A stretch of DNA of 64,000 nucleotides, from assembly GCA_044232805.1 (NCBI GenBank), contig JBIILG010000001.1, positions 32,898-96,897 on the forward strand, given 5' to 3'. Shown here piece by piece: positions 57,432 through 64,000 of this stretch. Both the position numbers and the translations under genes were made by a program. The notes beneath the pieces are model-generated. The model had not been told where the DNA came from. It saw only the letters and a list, made by a program, of their open reading frames with translations, and did not search any database. Position 1 is the first letter of the stretch. The number at the start of each line of letters is the position of its first letter. The DNA comes from Rhodoluna sp. GTDB lineage: Bacteria; Actinomycetota; Actinomycetes; Actinomycetales; Microbacteriaceae.

Positions 57432-58411
57432 CCAACACAGCTGAGATGAGTATTGCAAAAGCGATCAACGCCGGCATTCAGAAGCAAATGCAAAAAGATT
57501 CCAAGGTCTTGGTTTTTGGAGAAGACGTTGCAGAACTTGGTGGCGTGTTTAGAGTCACCGAAGGATTACTAGCCGAGTTTGGCAACAAGAGAGTTTTCAA
57601 TTCACCAATTGCCGAATCGGGAATTGTTGGAACTGCAATTGGTCTTGCAATGCGCGGCTACAAACCAATAGCGGAGATTCAGTTTGAAGGTTTTGTGTAT
57701 CCGGCATTTGATCAGATTGTTTCGCAGCTTGCGAAGCTAACAAACAGATCTGAAGGCCATTTGAGCATGCCGGTTGTCATTCGTATTCCTTACGGAGGAG
57801 GAATCGGTGCCGTCGAGCATCACAGTGAATCCCCCGAAGCATATTTTGCTCACACTCCAGGACTTCGAGTTATCAGCCCTTCAAATCCAAATGATGCTTA
57901 CTGGATGATTCAGCAAGCAATTGAATCAAACGACCCAGTAATCTTCTTTGAACCAAAAAGACGCTACTGGCTCAAAGGAACAGTGAATCTAGATACACCG
58001 CCAGCCACCATGCACCAGGCAAAAGTTTTGCGCGAGGGAACTCAAGTAACGCTTGTTAGCTATGGACCTATGGTGGTTACCGCTTTGCAAGCTGCAGACC
58101 TTGCCACCGCTGAGGGAATCAGCTTGGAGGTAATTGATCTTCGATCAATTTCTCCAATAGATTTTCCAACTATCTTGAACTCGGTTCGAAAAACCGGTCG
58201 CTTGGTAATTGCTTCGGAAGCCTCAACTTCATACTCGGTTGCATCTGAAGTGGCCGCAAGGGTGGCCGAATTGGCCTTTTATAGCCTCGAGGCACCGGTT
58301 ATAAGGGTTGGAAGTTTTGATGTGCCATATCCACCTGCCAAACTTGAAGAACTGTTCCTACCCGATGCTGATCGGATTCTAGAAGCAGTAGATCGCTCGC
58401 TCGCCTACTAA
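57428..58411 (+). CDS. 2-oxoacid dehydrogenase E1 component beta subunit
   Basis: 327-aa ORF with [18 protein letters not shown] and [17 protein letters not shown]. It overlaps the alpha subunit gene by 4 nt. Confidence 0.92.
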   Translation: MTNTAEMSIAKAINAGIQKQMQKDSKVLVFGEDVAELGGVFRVTEGLLAEFGNKRVFNSPIAESGIVGTAIGLAMRGYKPIAEIQFEGFVYPAFDQIVSQLAKLTNRSEGHLSMPVVIRIPYGGGIGAVEHHSESPEAYFAHTPGLRVISPSNPNDAYWMIQQAIESNDPVIFFEPKRRYWLKGTVNLDTPPATMHQAKVLREGTQVTLVSYGPMVVTALQAADLATAEGISLEVIDLRSISPIDFPTILNSVRKTGRLVIASEASTSYSVASEVAARVAELAFYSLEAPVIRVGSFDVPYPPAKLEELFLPDADRILEAVDRSLAY

Positions 58412-58425
58412 GAAAGGGTAAGAAG

Positions 58426-59772
58426 ATGTCACTTGCAGTATTCAACTTGCCCGATGTTGGCGAAGGTCTAACTGAAGCCGAAATTGTTTCTTGGAAAGTA
58501 GCTGCTGGCGACCAGGTAACCGTGAACCAAGTAATTTGCGAGATTGAAACTGCAAAATCAATCGTTGAGCTTCCTTGTCCGTTTGCAGGAACAATCGAAA
58601 AACTTTTTGCCAAGGAAGGCGACACTGTCTTGGTTGGTAACCCAATCATCTCGGTGCAAGCCGAAGGAAACATCTTGGTGGCAGGTCCTGCCACCAGCTC
58701 TATTCCGATAATTAGCGAGTCTGACACCATGCACGAAGCGGTCGCCGATGTTGCCTCATCGGTTGCATCAGATGAAACCAAGCCCAACTTGGTGGGTTAC
58801 GGTTCTTCAGGTCACGGCGCAACCAGGCGTAAACGCTCTGGCGCTGTTGCTACGGCTTCATTGGCAAGCGCGATACCAACTGCCACTTCTGCGATTCCAT
58901 CTGCGCTAAGTGGTGACGTAATCGCAAAGCCACCAATTCGCAAACTTGCCAAAGATCTAAACGTGGATCTTTCCAAAGTTGTAGCTACGGGTCCAGCCGG
59001 CGAAATCACTAGAGAAGATGTTGTCAATGCAGCGACTCAAGCTTCGGTATTTAGAAATCTAACCACACCTGCAATTCCGTCGGAGCGCGAAGAGCGCATT
59101 CCAGTCAAGGGCGTTAGAAAGGCCATTGCAACAGCCATGGTGCAGTCTGCCTTCACTGCACCCCACGTTTCGATCTTTGTTGATGTCGATGCAACAAGAA
59201 CCATGGAATACGTAAAGAGACTCAAAGCATCAACTGACTTTGCTGGCGTGAAAGTTACCCCATTGCTTCTTATGGCAAAGGCGATGATGTGGGCGGTTAG
59301 AAGAAACCCAACCGTTAACTCCACCTGGACAGACAAAGAAATCATTGTCCACAACTTTGTGAACTTTGGTGTTGCTGCCGCAACACCAAGAGGCTTGATC
59401 GTTCCAAACATCAAAGACGCTGATCGTATGTCGATGCTTGAGCTAGCTCGTCAACTAGAGCTTTTGGCTGCAACTGCACGTGAAGGAAAGACAACACCAG
59501 AAGACATGAAGGATGGAACTATCACCATCACCAACATCGGTGTCTTTGGTGTTGACACCGGAACCCCTATCTTGAACCCAGGTCAGGTTGCAATCGTTGC
59601 CCTCGGATCGATTCGCCCAAAGCCATGGGTTGTGAATAACGAGATCGTAATTCGCCAGGTAACAACCATCGGTGCCACATTCGACCACCGCGTTGTGGAT
59701 GGAGATGTTGCGTCCAGATTTGTTCAAGATGTAGCATCGGTAATCGAAGAACCGGCGCTGCTGCTGGACTAG
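58426..59772 (+). CDS. Dihydrolipoamide acyltransferase E2 component
   Basis: 448-aa ORF with a lipoyl domain ([13 protein letters not shown]), an Ala/Ser-rich linker, a subunit-binding domain ([16 protein letters not shown]) and a catalytic domain with DHRVVDG. Confidence 0.92.
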   Translation: MSLAVFNLPDVGEGLTEAEIVSWKVAAGDQVTVNQVICEIETAKSIVELPCPFAGTIEKLFAKEGDTVLVGNPIISVQAEGNILVAGPATSSIPIISESDTMHEAVADVASSVASDETKPNLVGYGSSGHGATRRKRSGAVATASLASAIPTATSAIPSALSGDVIAKPPIRKLAKDLNVDLSKVVATGPAGEITREDVVNAATQASVFRNLTTPAIPSEREERIPVKGVRKAIATAMVQSAFTAPHVSIFVDVDATRTMEYVKRLKASTDFAGVKVTPLLLMAKAMMWAVRRNPTVNSTWTDKEIIVHNFVNFGVAAATPRGLIVPNIKDADRMSMLELARQLELLAATAREGKTTPEDMKDGTITITNIGVFGVDTGTPILNPGQVAIVALGSIRPKPWVVNNEIVIRQVTTIGATFDHRVVDGDVASRFVQDVASVIEEPALLLD

Positions 59773-59784
59773 AAAGACAAAGCA

Positions 59785-59994
59785 ATGGCAGAAAAGGTAA
59801 CTGGCCCAGCCTCGTATTTTCCTTCGATTGAGGCGAAGTACGGAAAGCCAATTGAGCACTGGATGAAAGAGCTCAAGAAGGTTATAAAGCTCACCCACAT
59901 GGAGCAAGTAGCTCACCTAAAGACAAAATTCGAAATGGGCCACGGGCACGCAAACGCCATTGTTGCGGTGTTCCGGAAAAAGAACGGTCTATAG
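59785..59994 (+). CDS. DUF4287 domain protein
   Basis: 69-aa ORF with SYFPSIEAKYGKPIEHWMKEL...GHGHANAIV, typical of DUF4287. Confidence 0.65.
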   Translation: MAEKVTGPASYFPSIEAKYGKPIEHWMKELKKVIKLTHMEQVAHLKTKFEMGHGHANAIVAVFRKKNGL

Positions 59995-60009
59995 CCTTCA
60001 CTATCTTTA

Positions 60010-60026
60010 TTGACAATCATTATCAA
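60010..60026. promoter_or_regulatory. Zur box overlapping the znuA promoter
   Basis: TTGACAATCATTATCAA is a 7-1-7 palindrome (TGACAAT c ATTATCA) like actinobacterial Zur operators. It overlaps a TTGACA -35 element, 20 nt upstream of znuA. Confidence 0.7.
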
Positions 60027-60045
60027 TAAGTGTTATCTTGTGGGT

Positions 60046-61017
60046 ATGAAAACTAAAACCTTTGCCCTAGCAACCGCCACAGTCCTTCTTCTTGCAGGCT
60101 GTGCAGCCACTGATTCGACCTCAGATGCCACAGACGAGCCCTTTGCAGGGCTCACCATTGTTTCTTCCACCAACGTCTGGGGCGATGTCGCCTCGTCGGT
60201 AGGCGGAGACCTAGTTCAGGTGGTCTCAATCATCGATAGCTTCTCCCAGGACCCACACTCCTATGAGGCGTCAGCTAGAGATCAGCTTGCAGTCAACGAT
60301 GCCGATGTAGTTGTTGCTAATGGCGGCGGCTATGACTCTTTCATTGACACCCTGGCTGAGGCCGCTGGCAACAGCAACGTTGTTTATGCCTACCTACCTG
60401 AAGAGGGCAAGGAAGAGGACCACGCTGCAGAAGAGGACCACGCTGCAGAAGAGGACCACGCCACAGAAGAAGGCAACCACGACCACGATCATGCTCACGG
60501 TAACGAACACGTCTGGTACGACTTCCACGTGGTGGAGGATTTTGCAACTCGACTAGCTGAGCAGCTAAGGACTCTAGATCCAGACAACGCTGCGCAATAC
60601 ACAGCAAACCTTGAAGAGTTCCTAGTTGGAATTGAATCCTTAGAAGAACGTGCAGCGGCTGTTGCTAGTTCGGTTTCTGACGCGAAGGTAATTTCATCAG
60701 AGCCAGTGGCCGATTACCTACTTGCTGAATTGGGCCTAACAAACATCACGCCCGAGTCCTTCTCTCAAGCAATTGAGGAGGAGCTAGATGTCTCTCCTGC
60801 GGATCTGCTAGAAATTCAGAACCTTATTTCAACAAACTCGGTGAACCTGTTCGTTGTGAACATCCAAACCGGATCGGTTCAGATTGACGCACTAGTTGAA
60901 CTGGCGGAAGCTAACGGGGTAGCAGTAATTCAGGTGAGCGAGCTTTTGCCTGAAGGTTTAGGCTATCTCGCATGGATGGAACAAAACATCTCCGCAATTG
61001 AGGCAGGTCTAAAGTAA
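60046..61017 (+). CDS. znuA: Zinc/metal ABC transporter substrate-binding lipoprotein (ZnuA/TroA cluster 9) with a His/Asp/Glu-rich loop
   Basis: It has the lipobox LLLAGC after MKTKTFALATA, then DPHSYE and HVWYD metal-ligand blocks, and the loop EEDHAAEEDHAAEEDHATEEGNHDHDHAHGNEH. The start is placed at ATG 60046. Confidence 0.85.
   Translation: MKTKTFALATATVLLLAGCAATDSTSDATDEPFAGLTIVSSTNVWGDVASSVGGDLVQVVSIIDSFSQDPHSYEASARDQLAVNDADVVVANGGGYDSFIDTLAEAAGNSNVVYAYLPEEGKEEDHAAEEDHAAEEDHATEEGNHDHDHAHGNEHVWYDFHVVEDFATRLAEQLRTLDPDNAAQYTANLEEFLVGIESLEERAAAVASSVSDAKVISSEPVADYLLAELGLTNITPESFSQAIEEELDVSPADLLEIQNLISTNSVNLFVVNIQTGSVQIDALVELAEANGVAVIQVSELLPEGLGYLAWMEQNISAIEAGLK
60413..60466. repeat. 18-bp tandem repeat (3 copies) in the znuA His-rich loop
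   Basis: gaagaggaccacgctgca occurs twice, then gaagaggaccacgccaca, encoding (EEDHA[AT])3. Confidence 0.9.
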
Positions 61018-61040
61018 TCACTTCTTCCAACGAGGCCGTA

Positions 61041-61823
61041 CTGCAGGTCAAAAACGCAAGCCTTGGTTTTGCTGAAAAGAGTGTTTGGAGCAATCTAGAC
61101 CTGAGCGTAAAACCAGGTGAGTTCATTGCGGTAATTGGAGCGAATGCTTCAGGAAAGACAGTGCTACTAAAAGCAATTTTGGGGCAGCTTGCTTTATCTG
61201 CTGGATCGATTGAACTATTTGGCGAACCGGTTCGTCACGGCTCCAGAAACGTTGGCTATATCCCCCAGCACCGCCAAGCAGATAGTGGAGTGCCACTAAG
61301 AGCCAAAGACTTGCTGCGCATGGGTTTAGACGGTCATCGTTTTGGTTTGCCACTGCCTTCTTCAAAAACCAACAAGCGAATTGCAGAAGTTTTAGAAATG
61401 GTCGGAGCAAGCGATATTGCTAACACTCCAATAGGTCAACTTTCCGGTGGACAACTACAGCGCATCCGAGTCGCTCAAGCAGTTATCGATAAGCCGAAGT
61501 TAATCTTGGCGGATGAGCCACTTAGCGCACTTGATCTAAAACAGCAGTCTGTGGTGGCGGAACTGATAGATAATCAGCGCCAACTAAGTGGCGCTGCGGT
61601 GTTGTTTGTCACCCATGATGTGAACCCGGTTCTTGATTACATCGACAGAGTGCTGTATTTAGCTAACGGGCAGTTCCGAATTGGAACGCCGGATGAAGTT
61701 TTAAGATCCGATGTTTTGTCCAAGCTCTACGGCCGCGATGTCGATGTTGTTAGAAACCAGGGACGTATTGCAGTTTTAGGTTCTTCGAATCACGATCATC
61801 ACGAGAATGAGAAGTGGATCTAA
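61041..61823 (+). CDS. znuC: Zinc/metal ABC transporter ATP-binding protein; probable non-canonical CTG start
   Basis: It has Walker A GANASGKT (61137-61160), signature LSGGQLQR and Walker B LILADEP. The frame is open from 61002, but there is no ATG, GTG or TTG before the Walker A motif. CTG 61041 has GAGG 5 nt upstream. The track start (GTG 61161) would delete the P-loop. Confidence 0.75.
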   Translation: MQVKNASLGFAEKSVWSNLDLSVKPGEFIAVIGANASGKTVLLKAILGQLALSAGSIELFGEPVRHGSRNVGYIPQHRQADSGVPLRAKDLLRMGLDGHRFGLPLPSSKTNKRIAEVLEMVGASDIANTPIGQLSGGQLQRIRVAQAVIDKPKLILADEPLSALDLKQQSVVAELIDNQRQLSGAAVLFVTHDVNPVLDYIDRVLYLANGQFRIGTPDEVLRSDVLSKLYGRDVDVVRNQGRIAVLGSSNHDHHENEKWI

Positions 61824-62659
61824 TGGACAGATTGTTTGACTTTTCTGATTACGACCAGCTAATTCCGCTGGTTCAAAACTCGCTCATTGCCGGCGCACTA
61901 CTTGGTCTCATGGGTGGACTAATTGGTGTGTTCGTAATGACAAGAGACATGTCCTTTGCGGTTCATGGCATCAGCGAACTATCTTTTGCAGGCGCTGCGC
62001 TTGCTTTACTATTCGGACTCAACATTGCACTCGGTGCAACCCTTGGCTCAATAGTTGCCGCGGTAATTATTGCCATCATGGGATCTCGGGCTAAGGATCG
62101 AAACTCAATAATTGCCGTGCTGATGCCATTTGGACTTGGTATTGGAATCTTGGCCCTTGCCCTGTATGAAGGAAGGGCAGCAAACAAGTTTGGGTTGCTT
62201 ACCGGGCAGATAATTGCAGTTGATGACCCTCAGGTTTTCTGGCTGATCGCAACCTCGCTTGTTGTGGTGAGCGCCTTGCTAGTTATCTGGCGACCACTTT
62301 CTTTTGCGAGCTTGGATCTGGAAGTCGCTGAAGCTAGAGCAGTACCTACCAAGACGCTTGGAATTGTTTTTATGCTGCTGCTGGCTTTAGCGGTAGCGGC
62401 ATCAGTTCAGGTTGTTGGAGCACTGCTAGTGATGACTTTGCTTGTTACCCCCGCAGCAGCAGCGCTTAGACTAACTTCCTCCCCAGTATTGGTTCCGGTT
62501 CTTAGCGTTAGCTTTGCGGTGGTATCTGTAGTTGGGGGAATATTGCTAGCACTGGGTGGCGGGTTGCCAATTAGCCCGTACGTTACAACTTTGTCTTTTG
62601 CAATCTATTTAGTTGCCAGAGTTATTGAAAAATCTAAGTCGTGGAAAGCGGTGAAGTAA
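61814..62659 (+). CDS. znuB: Zinc/metal ABC transporter permease
   Basis: 281-aa ORF with 8-9 TM helices and the ABC-3 family pattern. It overlaps znuC by 10 nt. Confidence 0.85.
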   Translation: MDLMDRLFDFSDYDQLIPLVQNSLIAGALLGLMGGLIGVFVMTRDMSFAVHGISELSFAGAALALLFGLNIALGATLGSIVAAVIIAIMGSRAKDRNSIIAVLMPFGLGIGILALALYEGRAANKFGLLTGQIIAVDDPQVFWLIATSLVVVSALLVIWRPLSFASLDLEVAEARAVPTKTLGIVFMLLLALAVAASVQVVGALLVMTLLVTPAAAALRLTSSPVLVPVLSVSFAVVSVVGGILLALGGGLPISPYVTTLSFAIYLVARVIEKSKSWKAVK

Positions 62660-63064
62660 ATGTCTCAAGGGATAAAGCGCAACACCTGGCAAAAATCAGC
62701 CGTCAAGGAAGCTCTTTCTGAATCGGCTGGTTTTTGTTCTGCACAACAACTACATTCATCGCTCAAAGACAAAGGTCCAGCAATCGGTCTAGCAACTGTT
62801 TATCGTGCGCTAAGTGATTTGGTTTCTGTTGGTGAAGCGGATTCGTTGCAATCTACCGATGGCGAGATGCTCTATCGAGCCTGCGGTGGTGGACACCACC
62901 ATCACTTGATTTGCCGAAACTGTGGCAAGACTGTAGAAATTGAAGCAAACAAACTCGAATCCTGGGCCGACCAGGTTGCAAGAGAGCATGGTTTTTCAAA
63001 CTCGAGTCACGTGATTGATATCTTTGGCGACTGCTCTAGTTGCAGAAAGAAACTAGCAAAGTAG
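62660..63064 (+). CDS. zur: Fur-family zinc uptake regulator
   Basis: 134-aa ORF with an HTH region (ATVYRALSDL), HHHHLICRNCG and a C-terminal CSSC. Its start immediately follows the znuB stop. Confidence 0.85.
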   Translation: MSQGIKRNTWQKSAVKEALSESAGFCSAQQLHSSLKDKGPAIGLATVYRALSDLVSVGEADSLQSTDGEMLYRACGGGHHHHLICRNCGKTVEIEANKLESWADQVAREHGFSNSSHVIDIFGDCSSCRKKLAK

Positions 63065-63132
63065 TTCCAATCAACCTGCGCGTGCAGTTTCTTTCCATAC
63101 GGCAACTTATTGAGATTTGTTAGGATTCGAGC

Positions 63133-64000
63133 ATGTCGGAAACTGCGGATGCTTCTGTTCTTGTATTGACAAGTCGGCTTCGCCCTGGACTTGACGGTGG
63201 TCATACCGTCTCCACTCTTCAACGAGCAATGCTCCTTGCAAATTCTGGATTGCCGGTGACCCTTGTCACGGTTGATCTTCACCCTAACTACCAGCCCTTT
63301 CTGGATAAGTTTCGCTCCATCGGCCTAGCTACTGAAAAAACCAAAATTCGAAACTTTCTAGAAGAAGTTCGCACGTCACCGGATATTCTTCGAAAAGCTG
63401 CTAAACCGTTCCTCGAAACTAGTCTTTCCAACAAAGAAGCAGTTGCCGACGAGGTTGAGCTTGATGAGCAAGGCATTGCATGGCGACAGGTCTCGCGATT
63501 GTCGGATGGAGCAATTGTCTATACAGATATTTTTGACAGCAATGGCCTTCTACTTTTTAGATTACCGTTTGTTGAGCAAGTGGATTGGTGGCGAGCTCCG
63601 ATAGTTATCGACGTCTTCGACGCCGCTAAAAACAATCAGAACCCAACCCGCGTTGGCGGCCTTGCAGGTTTTGGAGCTTTGTATCGGGCTTGGTGGGATG
63701 TGGTAGTTTCGCAAACTCGGGAACTAAAGCCCACTGCCCCAATTGTTGCCATTTCCGAAGCCAGACAGGTGGGCGAGCTCTTTCTTGGTTACAAGGGTGT
63801 CTACCTTGTCCACACCGTTCACAGCTCACACACCTTAGCTCCCCATAACTGGGATAGCCCGATGGATAAAATCTGGAGCGAATGGCTAAGTGGCGCGCAC
63901 AAATACGACGCCGTGGTCTGGTTGAGCGAACAACAGAGCTTAGATGTTGAAAAGCGCTTGGGTAAAACAGAGCTGGTAAGTTTCGTTATTCAAAACCCGC
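63133..64000 (+). CDS. Glycosyltransferase, probably GT4 (TagE-like), 5' part; runs off the window end
   Basis: Hand translation from ATG 63133 is open to the window end: MSETADASVLVLTSRLRPGLDGGHTVSTLQRAML...VYLVHTVHSSHT...YDAVVWLSEQQ. The N-terminal GT-B-like layout resembles poly(glycerol-P) alpha-glucosyltransferase-type GT4 enzymes. It is not in the track because it is open-ended. Confidence 0.55.
   Translation, partial: MSETADASVLVLTSRLRPGLDGGHTVSTLQRAMLLANSGLPVTLVTVDLHPNYQPFLDKFRSIGLATEKTKIRNFLEEVRTSPDILRKAAKPFLETSLSNKEAVADEVELDEQGIAWRQVSRLSDGAIVYTDIFDSNGLLLFRLPFVEQVDWWRAPIVIDVFDAAKNNQNPTRVGGLAGFGALYRAWWDVVVSQTRELKPTAPIVAISEARQVGELFLGYKGVYLVHTVHSSHTLAPHNWDSPMDKIWSEWLSGAHKYDAVVWLSEQQSLDVEKRLGKTELVSFVIQNP

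Overview
The window reads as the replication-origin region of a streamlined actinobacterium. This is inferred from gene order only: tRNA-Ala, tRNA-Ile, DUF3566, gyrA, gyrB, DUF721/DciA-like, recF, dnaN, oriC and dnaA on the minus strand, then rpmH-rnpA-yidD-yidC-jag-rsmG-parA-parB, trxA/trxB, murJ, NUDIX, cca, rpsF-ssb-rpsR-rplI, dnaB and purB. These are followed by a 2-oxoacid dehydrogenase E1a/E1b/E2 operon and a Zur-controlled znuACB-zur operon. Two visibly AT-richer cell-envelope glycan islands interrupt this core. Island 1 (1-18.1 kb) carries GT11, GT25, GT2, DUF616 and GT-C-like transferases, methyltransferases, two TupA-like ATP-grasp genes and sugar-nucleotide enzymes, and contains tRNA-Arg. 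Island 2 (41.5-50.7 kb) lies between rplI and dnaB and carries a Wzm/Wzt-type ABC exporter, rmlBADC, three GT2-like genes and a GT10-like gene. I found no rRNA, CRISPR array, transposase, integrase or recognisable defence system. The observations most worth follow-up are listed here. (1) An intact tRNA-Arg plus two decaying direct copies of its 3' half bracket integrase-less glycan-tailoring cassettes. (2) A co-oriented DnaA-box cluster upstream of dnaB is as dense as oriC. (3) An unannotated WxG-containing mini-ORF is translationally coupled to an alpha/beta hydrolase with a helical N-domain. (4) Two parS palindromes have a central GTG that coincides with the rsmG and parA start codons. (5) GyrB has a Lys/Ala/Pro-rich N-terminal tail. 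(6) Ribosomal protein S6 has an (SDSR)n tail. (7) A methyltransferase is interrupted by an in-frame amber codon. (8) znuC has no canonical start codon. All functional calls come from motif recognition by eye; no database search was run.
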